NCBI GenBank assembly: GCA_964016885.1
Contig: OZ024742.1
Coordinates: 260,338,001-260,402,000 of the forward strand
Length of the DNA: 64,000 bases
Direction of reading: 5' to 3'
DNA from: Eledone cirrhosa
Lineage: Eukaryota
A model generated the notes under the pieces. The model saw only the letters and a program-made list of their open reading frames with translations, ran no database searches and was not told where the DNA came from. The position numbers and the translations under genes were made by a program. Positions 36,951 through 51,300 of the stretch are shown piece after piece; the first letter of the stretch is position 1, and every line of letters starts with the position of its first letter.

Positions 36951-39770
36951 ACCAGTTATCCCATATTTAATGTGACTTTGAAGTATATCTTATCTTATAT
37001 TTTGATGTTAGACCTTCATTGGTTCTGATGACCAGTGTCCAATTATTTGAACACTGGAACAACAACCTTCTCATGAAATAAATGTTTAAGTGGCTGGTCT
37101 TTCCACAAACATGGGTACTCTTCATGGAGATTCAGCATGGCAGTGTGTGACAAGGTTGACCCTTTGAGCTACAGACACAACTAATTTTTTTCCAGTTGCA
37201 CTGGAGCAATGTGAAATGAAATATCTTATTCACCGGAAATCAAACACACAATCGGGAGTTGGACACACTAACTACTAAACCCTACACCTTCACTATTTCA
37301 TATATATATTGGTGTTTGTGGTGAGGGAGACAAATGTTTTAAATATTCCAAAATGGTTTCATTGATGCCAGAAGTCAGTGTTCTCTGCCATCAGTGTTAT
37401 TTCTCCTTTCCTCTGTGTGTGTGTCTGTAAAATCTAGAAGCAGTTTTGTTACAATTTAGTGAAGAAACTGAATGTAATTTAATACTGTATTTTCTCATGT
37501 ATAATATGAGAAATTTTAAACTAAAATTGAAAACAAAAAAGGAGAGTCTTATTGTACATGACTATGCATTTTCAGAAATGTTTACTAATCATAAAAATAT
37601 TCATTTCAAATGAAAAAATTACAAATACACTAAATAGGTACTTCTACACAAAGTACTAACCATCCAGTTATTTTACATTTTCTAACATCATGCGAAACTG
37701 AACATTAATACAAGTTTACAAAATAATTTACATAGACATGGCTGTACTCTAGGGTCATTTTATACATAAGGATGTTTTTTTTAGTTCTGGAAATAGGAGT
37801 TGTATTATAAACAAAGAAATATACTAGTTATAATGAATACTACTTATACCCTCTGTAAAGCAACTGGTTATATATTATTATATGGCAGCCCTACTACTAC
37901 TGCTACTGCTGCTGCTGGTTCTACTACTACAACTACAACAAGTGTTTTAAGGCCAATTTCTTTGCTAAAGCAGATGTTAGCCTTGCAAGCCCTATAACAA
38001 GTTTCGTTTTCATGCGGTCTGTTTTGTGGCTTGATAGCCTCCCTGGTGCCAACCCCTCTAATTGCCTCTAATTATAATAACAATGCCATATCAATGAAAT
38101 GTATAAGAAGATAGACCAAAACTCTTCATTGTCATAATTTTACGACCCCTTTCCAAACTAGCATGGGTTGGATGGGTTGTCGCAGTCCAAGACCAGATGG
38201 GTCAGTGCAACCAATTTTGCTCATTACATTCCATATTTGGTATGATATCTAAGGCTGAATCCCCTTTCTAATCTGTGCTAAATGCATTTTCATGACACCT
38301 GCTCTACCACATTACAAAGTGTACTGAGTGCATTTTATCATGGTACTAACATTTTACAGGATGTACTGGTTGCTTTTTATCCTGACACCAGCACCAATAC
38401 TAAAGAGGTTGTCACATACCACATCAGACTGATGAAGAGTCCTCTCAAGCCCTATAGTGTCTCCATTTGATTTTGATTGTCAATAGTAATTTGAAGTATA
38501 AAAAACAACTATATCAACAAAAGAAAAGGAATGCATTGTTGAACAAAAGAATACAATGATAAATTATTAGAATATTAAACAAGGTGAGAGAAAAAAGGAG
38601 GTATGTGGTAAAAAATTAAATAATGAAGAAGGGAAGGGAAAGCACTAGACCAGCAACACCTACTGCATCAGCCATTCCACCTCAAGGAGCTCTTCCATCT
38701 GGTGGAATGGCAGAGGAAAATGACAGTCTTAAAACCAAGGACACCAAAGGTTTCGACTGACTAGACAAAAGAAATCAAGTCACAGTATTTGGAATATCTT
38801 CCACTTGTCTGCATTACAGGTTGAAGGGCCCAGGTTCATGGCTAAAGCAACAAACATGCACAACAATGAGAAACATTTTCAGAACACAATAATAATATTT
38901 CCATATATTATACATATCAGTTCATTGATATTATTTTATATTTAATCTACAATGTTTGTGAAGTCACACATTCACGTGCACACACAAACACTCACACACT
39001 CCTGTTGAGGTTTCATATCTTAGTTTTTTTGTTGTTTTTTTAACTTTCATACTCATAGCAGTTCTCATCTCTATAAAACCTAACCCTTACGTTACCATAT
39101 TTCTAATGAAAGGCACTGCCTGTGATTTTTAAATATCTTTGAAAATAATCAAGAATTTCCAGGGATTTAGTAATATAACAAACTTTCTCATCATTAAGCT
39201 GTTGTTTAGAATATAGCTAAACAAAGGTTCTTAAATAAAATGATGATGGAAGATTTTTAGATAAATATAAACACTTTAAATTAAACAGTTTTGTGTTGTA
39301 AAAACAAGAGGTGGGTATCAAAAGGGTCAAAGATGGAACAAACAAATATAGTGACATAGTGGTTATGGTGTTAGGTTCGTGATTGTAAGGACATAGGATT
39401 GATTTCCAGGCCAGGCTGTACTTGTGTCCTTGAACATAACACTTTATTTTACATTGCTGAAAATTTATACTAGCAGCAGCAGCTGTTGTTTAACCTTTGC
39501 AATGGACAGATGTCCTGTTCAGGGGTGAGTTTTGTACTCTTGGTCACTTAACACCAATGGAAGTGAAATAAGCTCTGACTTGATAGGCTTCTAAGTTCTA
39601 GAAACTCTTCGATTTTAACTTAACTAACTCCTGATTAAGGCACAATTTCAGTCCACTATTTCATAGTAAATCAGAAACATTAATGTATCCTCTCTCTTAA
39701 TTAACTTCCATCTTAGCGAGACTTTCAAAAGGCTTCCCTATATTATACTAATCAGACCTTTGCTATGTGT

Positions 39771-39804
<34 letters not shown>

Positions 39805-41749
39805 GTATGTAAAAGGTAAACAGAAATAACAACACAATCGGTACAGTATATGGAAGGTATATATTAGGTTAACGCTTGATATAGCAGGAAGAGGGTATTA
39901 ACATATATATATGTGTGTGTATGTATATATGTATGTTTGTGTGTGTGTATGTGTATAAAAGGGCAGATACAAACAAATGTAAAATGCAATCAACACATAA
40001 TTTAGAAGTTGAAAATATTTGTATTAGCACTTTGATATATTTGTGCCTTACCAGTGATTTTGTTATATGTAAACACATCTAGGTCTTCAGATGTATTCTA
40101 AAGAAGTAAATGTGTTTTTGTCTAATTAAACCACTGTGAATGGACAAGTATGTCAACTTGTTAAGTAATTATGCATGTATGTGTACATATATACATATAT
40201 GTGGATAACGATGATTGGGTGAAGAAGTGTCAGGAGTTCCCAGTGGAAGGAAGCTGCAGTAGCGGAAGACCTGGGCAGAAGTGGTGAGAACAGGTCTCAA
40301 AATGCTGAACCTCACAGAGGAGATGAAACAGAACACAAGTGGAGGCAAGATTTATGCAAACATGGAAAAATGGAGGGATATAGTAATATATCACTAACTT
40401 TCTCATTATGAAGCTGGTGTTTGGAATATAACTTAGCATAGGTTCTTACATAAAATAATGATGGAAGCTTTTGAGATGAATGTAAACACTTTTTAGATAA
40501 ATACAAATATTTCAACCCTTTTGTTATCATATTTCTAGTGAAAGATAATAAGCAGACTTATTATCTTCAAATAGTTTTAAAATAACCAAGAATTGAGTCA
40601 TTTAGTAATATAACTAACTTTCTTGTTTTTAAGCTCTTATTTGGAACATAACTTAAGAAAGGTTCTAATATAAAATTTTGATGGACATTTTATTAAAGAC
40701 AAGTAGTATTGTATCAAAAAACCCAAGGACAGTTTCAGATGGTTTGGTATCAGAAAAATTGAAATATGAAATTTGTTTTAATTTAATTTTCCTGTTGGGT
40801 GAGTGGAGTATCACCGAGAGAGTGGAATACAAAGAATGAATTTTTGAGGATGATTGGAATTGAGCAAGTGATGGATGCTGGGAAGAGAATTTGACTGGGT
40901 GAGGGAAGTGAGTGAAGTAAATATGGAAATAAGAAAAGAGGAAAACCAAGAAAGATATGGCTTCAGGAAGAAATGATAGGGCAAAATGGAGAAGCTTGTA
41001 GTGGGGCCTGCAAAGCTAGCTCCTGTTTAAGCAGGGAAAATAGCTTTAAAAGGTGTTGTATAAACACTTTAGAACAAGCAGTTTTGTATCATAGAACCAA
41101 GGACGGTTTCAGATGATTTGGTATCAAAGCGCTTAAAATATCTAATTTGTTGCTTTATTGTTGTTATTTTATTTAATGTTATCAAATAAGGTAGGGATAG
41201 AATAAAATTGTGTTTATTTTATTATCATTGATAGGTGCCATGGGTTGATGATAATGTTTCTTTTACTTTATATGGACTTACAACTTAGTTCCTCCTCTAA
41301 GTTACACCTGTTTCACACACGTTGCTAATGCAGCTGTAGATCTATTACAAATAAAGTTCCATCTAAGCTATGCAGCAATGCAGTCTCTATATTGGAGCCA
41401 CACACATCAAAATGTTGCTGCACAGTAGCATTGGATTTAAAGCATCTAATGTTCCACTGAGTGATTGGGGAAATTTAGTGAAACCATTGATTATGAAGCT
41501 TAAAACTCCTGCGACTTAAATCCCAGGGGGGCCAGAAACAGCTTATTTTCTTTTTTCTTAAGGATTAAATTAACAGTTCAAACATCAGTCCGCCACCTCC
41601 ACACACACGATTCAACCTTCAATATCTCTCCTATAAAATATAGTTTTGCTTTTGTTGCCAAAGAAAAGGGACGATGACCACCACAACACAAATTTCAGTT
41701 GCTCCTCCTCCACTTTTTTATTATTATATATTATTATTATTATTATTGT

Positions 41750-41977
41750 AAGGGCGATGGATTGACAGTAAAGCAATGGACAACATGCTTTGTGACATAT
41801 AGTTACGGCTTTCTATGTTTTGAGTTCAAATCCCGCCAAGGTCAGCTTTGCCTTTCAACATTCTGGGGTTCATAAAATAAAGTACCAGTTATGTACTCAG
41901 GTCGATATAATTGACTTTCCCCTTCCCTCAAATTACTGGCCTTGTGCCAAATGTAGAAACAATTATTATTATTATTG
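41750..41977 (+). mobile_element. SINE family A
   Basis: Head, box, core and (ATT)n tail as in other copies; another copy lies at 43072-43290. Confidence 0.8.
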
Positions 41978-42200
41978 TGGATGGTTTGCACAATAAATAT
42001 AATAATTAATGGATCTTCTACTGCCTGTCAGAGTTCATTAAGAACCTTTGGCAGAAAGTACTTTCCTGAGTATGTGCCCAACAGGAGAGCAATTTGTGAT
42101 TGAAGGTCTATTTGCTCAAGATATCATCTCAGTTTTAATGGTATCGACCTCAAAACTCTGATGACAACTGGAAATATCTTGATGTTATTAGGTAGTGTTG
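41978..42200 (-). mobile_element. Dong/R4-clade 3' end fragment abutting the SINE (ATT)n tail
   Basis: The - strand encodes KIFPVVIRVL and LLGTYSGKYF/ILRKVL-like frameshifted sequence; the 3' UTR matches 11350-11420. Confidence 0.65.
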
Positions 42201-42254
42201 ACCACTTTTGTGCAATTTTGATCTTCAGTATATTTTGTTAATTTTTCAATTATT

Positions 42255-42289
<35 letters not shown>

Positions 42290-43344
42290 TATAATTCTCC
42301 TATTTTCTCACATCAGAGAATACATTGAAATACATTTAAAACCTCAAACAATGGTGCTTTAAGAATTGATAATGCACAGAAGAAAAATATGCTGAACAAA
42401 CGAAATCGAACAAATAAAACTGCTGTGAATGATTTTTCAGATGATGTTCATTGCTTCTTTGTGTAGAGGATAGACAAATTATAATAATAATAGAAACAAC
42501 ACTGCATATACCCAAAAGCACACAGAGTTGTGCTCAGTAATGCAGTGACAGCACACTATGAAAATAAAATATAAAAAAAAAACAAGAACATCTATTATAA
42601 TAATAATAATTAAATAACATAAGTCATAGATTTCAATATGACTGATAATGGACTAATGTTTTTTTCTCATTAAATAACAACCAGTCCATCATATTTTCTT
42701 TTGTACTGATGTGGGGGTGTGGGAAGAAAATTACAAAAATGAAAAAAATTCAATTCTAAAATATAACAAAAGACACTTCATCAATAAAATTAGATGATAT
42801 GTGATCAACGAGGTTTCTACTGTTTGTTTAACCCCCATTAAAATCAAAATAAAGGGGTAATTATGTACAAGACCCTCCTCCTTTGTCCCAACGTTTTCTT
42901 TTTCTCTGACCCCTCCTGATATCATAACTAGCCCATCATCAACTTAAAACCTCATTTTATTTGTTAATTGATATCATTTTCTGTCCTACCCCCCTCCCCC
43001 CAGTACTCTACCTATCCCCTCATAACTTTATAACACCAGATTATTTGTTGATAATTATCATTATTCTCATCATGGTGATGAATTGGCAGAATTGTTAGAG
43101 AGTCAAACAAAGTGCTTTGCAGTATCTAGTTATAGCTCTTTACATTCGGAATTCAAATTCAGCCGAGGTCAATTTTGCCTTTCCTTCGACGGAGGTCGAT
43201 AAAATAAAGTATCGGTCAAGTGCTGGAATCGATTTAATCGACTTTCTCCTCCCCAACAAAATTACTGGCCTTGTGCCTAAATTTGAAATATTTTTTTTAT
43301 TTCTTCCTACCATAGCCCAGTCCAGCCCATCTTCCCCTCAACCT

Positions 43345-43383
<39 letters not shown>

Positions 43384-44453
43384 TCGATGGGAGCTGGTGT
43401 GTTTACCTTCATTAATGTCCATGCATTAATTTAACGTTAATGGTTGTCAGATCTTGTTAACTCTCATTATTGAGTTATCTTCCCTTAGATGGAAAAATTC
43501 CATATCTTGAGGAGTGGGTGGTAAGGGAGGGTTACTTCCCCTAACTCTATCTGTCTCTCTCTCGCCACTCCATTGTTAAAGGTTGCCTCCCCTTGTTAAC
43601 TTGTTTGAATAAAGAAATAAAATCTTACCAAAAATAAAATTTAATAAAAGAAAACAATACAAAAAATTATGATTTCAAACATACCATACGTTTTTTTCCT
43701 CAGTCCTACATTAATAATGTGTTTTAATTAATCAAATAACTTATTTATTGATCTATTATCGATTTGATTTCACTATCATTCAGACCCACATCTCTCTTGT
43801 TGAATAATTGTTGAAGAGAAGAAAAATTTTATTTTCGAATCATGGATGAAACTCGTTCCTGTTTTATTTTTTATTTAGTTATTTGGAGGTGGGGGTTGTC
43901 AAAGTGTTTTGAAAAATTATATATATATGTGTGTGGTATGTGTGTATACATAAACACAAACAGTTATGTATATGTACATTTAGATACATATATGGGACTT
44001 TTTTCCTTTTTGTTCTTATTGTGAATGTCATTATGTTATATATTTCACCACTAATGCAATTTATTTATAATAGTTATTTGTAAAATAATGTGAAAAAACA
44101 ACTTCAAGTACAATTTCACAGGTGTACTAGTCTATCAAGTGACATAATCTGTGACTGTGCGATGAAACTGAAGCAATTACAAAATGGAAGAATTATTTTA
44201 GCTATTCAAAAATACACAAAAATGTTAAATTTACTTTATATTTATCGTTTATTTCTGAGTGTCAAGATGTTGGCCACACTGTTTGTGACTTGGTCATTGT
44301 CATAATTCTGCTATAATTGTGTCAGTGACCAGGTCACAAACAGTGCAACAAAAATGTTGACACCAAGAAACATATGATACATATAAAGTGAATTTAACAG
44401 TTTCATGTGATTTTGAATGGCAAAAAATAACTCTCCTATGCTGTAATTTAGAC

Positions 44454-44525
<72 letters not shown>

Positions 44526-44635
44526 ATGTGTATATATATATATGTATGTATGTGTGTGTGTGTGCATCTGTGTAAATTCCAGACATCAATCATAAAACAT
44601 AAAACAAGACACAATCAACTGAAGAAGATAAATGA

Positions 44636-44693
<58 letters not shown>

Positions 44694-45676
44694 GTGATTC
44701 TCATTGTACATTCAAGAAATTGTCTTTAATAAAACATCAGTTAGTGTGAGTGTGTGTGCTTGCTGTCAATGACAGTTTAGGGTGGAGAATGATTCATCTG
44801 TAGCTACGGGTCCTCAATATTTAAAGGGTCCCAAATATTTAAACAGCCCCAAAATTAATTGATGTTGCTACCATTAATATCTTATACCTAAATGTATCTC
44901 GTAATAAGGAGAAATACATCTTTGTGGGTAGCAGACAATGGTTAATATATGTATGTCCTCATTTCACTTGTGATTTAATATCAGTTTGATACAAAGGCTA
45001 CAATGGAATTTTCAGCTACAGGCCACCATGGTATTTTCAATTAGGAGCTCCCCATATTATTTTTAGCTAGGGGCTCCTAGAGTATTTTCAACTAGGAGGG
45101 ACCCCATTCAAACTTAATTTGACCATGCTTGTTGTTGGTTTGGCTCTGAATGACAAGGAAGCAACAACAGCTGTGTGAGCTTCTTGTTGTTGCTTTCTCT
45201 AAACCCTTTCATTACCATATTTCTAATGAAAGATATTGCTATTGCCTTTGATTTTCAAATAATTTTGAAAATAATCAAGTATTTGAAGGCATTTGTAATT
45301 TTCTCATTATTAATCTGGTGTTGAAACATAGCAGAGGTTTTTTATGTGAAATTATCAAGGTAAGTTTTTAGGTAAATATAAACATTTCAATACAAACAGT
45401 TTCCTAATACTAGAACCAGTGTCAGTTTCAGACAGTTTGGTAACAACAACAACATAAACAGTTGGTGGTTTACATAATAATTTATTGTTTTTTTATTTTG
45501 TTTTTTGTAAAAAAAAAAAGAAAAAGTAGTGTCACCTTAGTTTGATACAATGTATTAAAGAATTTATACACGCACGCACATATATGTATATATATATATA
45601 TGTATGTATATATATATATATTATATATATATATAAATATATATATATATGTATGAATATATATACACACACATAC

Positions 45677-45729
<53 letters not shown>

Positions 45730-46717
45730 CATTTAACGCTCGTAAAGTAGATGTATATATATAATTGCATTATATGCAGTTTATGGGAAGAGAATATATA
45801 TATATGTGTGTGTATGTATATATGTGCATGTATGTATGTATATATGCATACATATGTATGGTTGTTATGCACACATTGTGTATGAGTTTTGGTTATTACA
45901 CATAAATGACAATATAATTTGGATAAGAAACAAAAAAAATTAATAATGGTGGGTAGAAAATTCCATTTGTTTTGGATTTTTTTTTTTTAAGACTTTGGTT
46001 GTTTTTTTTTCTGTTTGTTGATCCCCCCCATCCATCTTTCCCGTTTCCCTGGACTCTACATATATATACATATATATGTATTGGTATTTCTTTGGAACAT
46101 TTCAATTCCTTGACTGTTTGACTGAAGAAACAGAGAGAGAAAGAGTGTGTGTGTGTGTGTGTGTGTGTGTAAGAAAGAGAGAGACGCAAAGAGTAACAGG
46201 TACAAAAACGATTGAAAGATAAAAAAGGAAGAAAAACACAAAAGAAATAACAAAAAGACAATAACCAAAAACAAAAAATATTTAACATATTTAAAAAACA
46301 AAAGGACATGTTTTAATGAAAGAAATAAGATTATGGAAATTTTAAAAATAAAAAAATATCTATTAAATATGTTAGTTTTTTTATTTATGCTTTATTGTTT
46401 GTTGTTTTCTTATTTTCAGCATTGGAAGTTTATACCAGAGTTTTCTCCCTTCACTTAAAAGAAAACTGTAAAGTGTATGTGGTCATTTTTCAACTGATCG
46501 CGGTCATTGGAGTAATTTGGCTGCTTCATAAGAGAGCTTCTAAGTCTAACTAACTTCCAATAAATAGCAGCTAAACCTATCCTGCTCTCGTCGTCTTTTA
46601 ACCCTTTCAATCTAGGTACCCAAAATATAGTTTACATTCTACTGAATTATTTATCACAATTCAGCCATAAATAGTTATTCATATTTTTTATAGCTCATCA
46701 TATTGTGCAATAGTTGT

Positions 46718-46838
46718 TACCTACCTACAGGCCTACATATCTATCTATCCAGCAGTCTGTTCACCTTTATATCAACTGGCCTGTTTATCTATCTATCTAC
46801 CACTTTTTTGGTTGACCTGTCTATCTATCTACCAGTCT
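46718..46838 (+). repeat. Degenerate (TCTA/TCTG)n tract, left flank of the retrotransposon array
   Basis: CTATCTATCC, TCTATCTATCTACC and CTGTCTATCTATCTACCAGTCT; the tract resumes at 47887-48083. Confidence 0.85.
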
Positions 46839-47886
46839 GCTGTCAACACCCTTCTAACGGAGGGCTGGGCATGCCGTGGCTGATGATGCGCAGACACGCA
46901 CTGAGGCTACGCCGTCTCCAGGTATTCCTGACCGGCGAACCAGTTTGGCTGTCGTTTGTGAGACGAGCTCTTCCACAACTCGTCTCACTAACAGAGCTGC
47001 AGTCCTGGGTCAAGCGAAGACCGAAAATGGGCGCCTGGCACCTCGAGTGCCTTCAGGCGCTCACAGCCCTCTACCAAGCAGAAACGGCAATCAGCGGAGA
47101 CTCCACTTCGACATTCTATAGGGGATTAGTGGAGGATAAGTGCGACGACGTTCTCAGGGAAACTCTAGGCATCGAGGAGGCAGAACTGACCAGTCTGTTC
47201 AGGAGGACTTTCCGTCCAGGGGCTATGGATAACTTCCAGAGGTCTCTGGCCTGGCAGTGCTACCAAGGAGCTCTACCAGTTCGAGACAAAATCTACAGGG
47301 ACGGACGCCCTGGCAGAGATCCTACCAAAAGGACCTGTCCAAGATGCGAGCAGGACATCGAAACCGTTTTGCACGCAATTGTTCAGTGCCCAGGGGTGAC
47401 CGGCCTGTGGAATTATGTCAAACAGCTACTGTCATGTGTAGGACGCATCCAGTTGTCATCCAGGTAATATGGTGGACGAGGTTAAAAGGACTGAGGGCAA
47501 GCACCTTTCTCCCCGGACAACAACTCATCCCCTTCTTTAAGTACCACTTCAGAAGGAAGGTGAGAGTGGAGAGAGAGGTGCTACACCCCAGTAAATTTGC
47601 TGAAAGGTGGGTGAATGTGGCAAAATGGCCCGGGTGAATGGGCCTTCTCTGTATATAAACCTGTAGGTTGAGGAAGATAAACAGAGGAAAGACGTTGAGG
47701 GTTGTTCTATTCACGGGGTGTAAAACAACCCCGCAGCAGCGTTACCCCCCTCTCCTAATGGGGATTTCAATTGTTTTATTTTTATATAGTTTATTGTTAT
47801 TTATCATTGTTAAAGATTTTATGTAAAACCCCCGCCGTCACGTCTTGTAATGTCCCTTGTACGCCCTTGTGGCAAATAAAGAAATA
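46839..47886 (+). mobile_element. Tx1-clade non-LTR retrotransposon copy 1 (5'-truncated; ORF2 C-terminal Cys-rich domain and 3' UTR)
   Basis: CCQHPSNGGLGMPW...CPRCEQDIETVLHAIVQC; ends GGCAAATAAAGAAA; 17-bp TSD at 46822-46838 and 47887-47903. Confidence 0.92.
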
Positions 47887-48083
47887 TATCTATCTACCAG
47901 TCTTCCTACCTATCTATCGGTTTACCTGTCTGTCTATCGACTTGTTTATCTATCTACCAATCAACCTGTCCGTCTATCTAGCTATCTATCAGTCTACCCT
48001 GTCTATCTACCTTGTCTGTCTACCTATCTATCTACCCTGTCTATCTACCCTGTCTGTCTACCTGTCTGTCTATCTATCTATCT

Positions 48084-48362
48084 GAAGGTGGGTGATAGTG
48101 GCGAGAATGGCTCGTGTAAATGGGCCTTCTCTGTATACCATCCTGTAGGTAAAGAAGTAAAGGAGAGGGGAGCACCTTCTCCATGTGCTCCCGGGCAAAG
48201 GATTGCACACTTTTTCGGGGGTGTGTGCAACCCCCATCACGTCCCCTCCCTTTTGAGGTTATTTTCGATTATTTTCATGTTACACCCTTTTTACTCGATT
48301 ATATGTAAACTCCCCCTTTGTATTTGTCCCTTCTTTTTATGCCTTTGTGGTAAATAAAGAAA
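48084..48362 (+). mobile_element. Tx1-clade copy 2 (severely 5'-truncated: last codons and 3' UTR)
   Basis: Homologous to 59020-59320; flanked by (TCTA)n on both sides. Confidence 0.9.
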
Positions 48363-48381
48363 TCTATCTATCTATCTATCT

Positions 48382-51300
48382 CGTATAGTATAGACGCGTA
48401 CAACATCGGCTCCTGCCTTTTTGAATTTTACCTATTGACAGTAAGTGTTTGTCTCTTTATTGTGTTGTCTTCGTGTATTTTAACCACCCGGCTAGGTCTG
48501 TAGACGGGTGGTCATCGTATGTTTACCCCTTTTGGGGGTAAAAACTACTCCAAAAATGTTTGCTGACTCACATGGTAAAAAATTGACGCCATGTCTGTAG
48601 CACGTGTGAACGAAAACGCCACGCTCACTAAGGAAGAAGAGAGAAAGAAGCAAGCGGTACAAAGCGTTTTGCTTTCCCGCGTCAACGTTTTAAAAGACTT
48701 TGTTAAAGGCGATATGCCGGACAAACAAATAAATACGGGTGCAAACCCAATTAATTACAACGAAAACACTAACAATGACAAAACCAACACACCAAATGAG
48801 AAAGACAACAACAACAAAAATGAAAACAACTCAAATTACGAGAAACAGAACAACTCAAACACCAACAACGAAAACAAAATATCTTTTGCACAGACTGCTA
48901 AAATATCAGTCACCTATGTGCTTGAGGATATAACAAATGCAAAAGAAATGCTTGAAAAAGCAAAAAAATATGTATCTTTTGGCGAAAATGGATCTTTTCC
49001 CATCAATTCGCCCCCAGAACTAAAAAAACAGACGGAATTACGAACTGTTGTATTCCGTACAATTGCCAACAAAACAAAAAAAAAAACCAGCAGAACCATC
49101 TCAAGCTGAAATTCAGTTGGTCCTGAAAGAGGCTATGAAAGACATAATTTTCATACAAAAGGATAAACTCTATGGGAGTTTATCCATATTGATGAAAGAC
49201 GAATTGGTGGCGAAAAAATACTCTGTGTCGCCAATTCGTTCCACACATTACACCTTTTTCCCAATCTACATGGGTAAAAAAACCCAAAGAATTTGGATAA
49301 CCACCATCACCCCAAACATAAACTGCTGGTGGTTACTAACCGGTTTCCTCAACTTGGACGAGGACAACCTTATATCAATAGGGAAGGCATCCGGCGACGC
49401 GTTCAGAGGAACGAGCATTGAAGTTCTGACCCAAATAAGGCCAGAACGTATCGCCCAAATCCCTGAGCGCGTCATGCTGGATGACCGTACCCACCTCAAC
49501 ATTATTGTGGGGGGGGTAGGCGTCCCTCCTGTTACCTCTGTGGCAATAGAGGTCACCTGAGGGCTGCCTGTCCCCAGCTCACACAGAAAAAACCATTGCT
49601 ACCAACACCCCAACAACAACATCAAAAACAACCAACACCACCACCACCCCAACAACAAAAACAACCACAACAACAACAAACAACACCACCACCACAACAA
49701 CAAACACGTGAAAAAACAACACAGAACACTGTCCCACCCAACCCCTCTCCACCCAAAACAAATACAAAAACACACACACCGCAAACACTACCAGAAAATA
49801 TACCCCTCCCACCCAACAAGGAAGACGAACCCCTTTCGTCGTAAGACGAAAAAGATCCCTTCCAAATAGTAAAAAGAAAGAAGAGGAGGCACACTTATTA
49901 ACATTAACCCTCCCCAAGAGAAAACAAACTATATACAAACCACCCCTCCCCGTCACACAGCACTAACTGCTACGCAAAAAAAGACTTTACAATATACATA
50001 CATGAACACAGACAACAAAGAACTAATGAACACAATTTCGTCAAACCCTTCGGTCCAAACTGAAGGGCCTAACTTTCTAACTGCTGTGGGACTACCTCAT
50101 TTACAAATGATTAAAGTCCCAATGAACTTATACAAAATGTTTAAAATAAATTTCACGGAGGACGTGCCCCCCCCCCCCCTGCACCAAGCAATCAACCGCG
50201 TCCTCCTAAAAAAAATTCCCCACCCTTACCCAGACACCCACTCAACTACAAACACACTGATGCCCCTACACTTCCACAAACCACCACCCCACCCAACAAC
50301 CCATCCCCAACCCTCATGGAAATTGAGCGGCCCGCTCCCCGGGACGCAGAGAGGTAAGTGCCTTTTCTCCTTACCACCAACATGGCTGTGCTGAGAGTAG
50401 GGTGTCTAAATGCGTGTGGCCTGGGCTCACCTTGGAAGCAAGCAATGCTTCTAAATGACCTCAGGTCACGATCTATAAATGTGATGGTTATCTGCGAGGC
50501 CCGGATCAGCAGCATGCGACAGCTAGCCCCCACCTTTGATGACTTTCAGATGCACGCATCTCTCTGTCAGCCCGGAGGTGGGGGCGGAGTTGTCGTTCTG
50601 CTGCAAAAACATCTGGGTCTCGCCACACAGATAGTTCACTTGGACCCAGGGGGTCGACTGGTGGTGCTGGACCTTGGCAGTGGTGAAGGTGGAGCCTTTA
50701 GGCTGGTAGCCGCATATGCCCCTTTTGGGACAGAGCGGCCCAACTTTTTCCAGCGTCTGGAGTCGTTTCTAGGGACGTCCCGTTCCCTGCTTTGAGTGGG
50801 GGACTGTAATGGTATCCTGGATGCACGTTAGGGCTATGCAGGGGCATGTCCCGATAGAGAGGGGTGCAACAGCCTCAAGGGGTTACTCGGCCGATTTGAC
50901 CTGGCCGATAGATTTCGACTAGATTTTCCGAAGGTGCCAACCTGGTCTTGGTCAAATCGCAGCGGTCAATCTAGATCGTACTTAGATAGGTTCTTAGTTA
51001 GAAATAAGGACAGGGACTTTTTAAGTTGTTCAGAAATGCTCATGGTTGGCTATTCAGACCACAAGTTGGTGACCTGCATGGTCAACCTTGATAGAACGCC
51101 ATAGACAGGGCCCCTGTTACTGGAAGCTGAACTTGTCCTTACCGGCAAGTAAAGCTTACAGGGACCGGATTAGTACGTTAGTTAAGGAGCGGTTGACTGG
51201 AGCGATCGTCAACAGCAGGTGGTGGGTATCTCTAAAGAGAGAGATTAGATTAGTCTCGATAGAATTTAGTAAGGTTCTAGCTGCGGATAGGAATAGGAAG

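Noticed and set aside
35952-37028. 358-aa His/Pro/Thr-rich ORF
   Set aside because: It starts inside a SINE and is a 26-bp minisatellite cycling through frames; there is no evidence it is a gene.
44300-46309. YIYI/HTHT/VCVC ORFs here and throughout the window
   Set aside because: Translations of (TA)n and (CA)n microsatellites.
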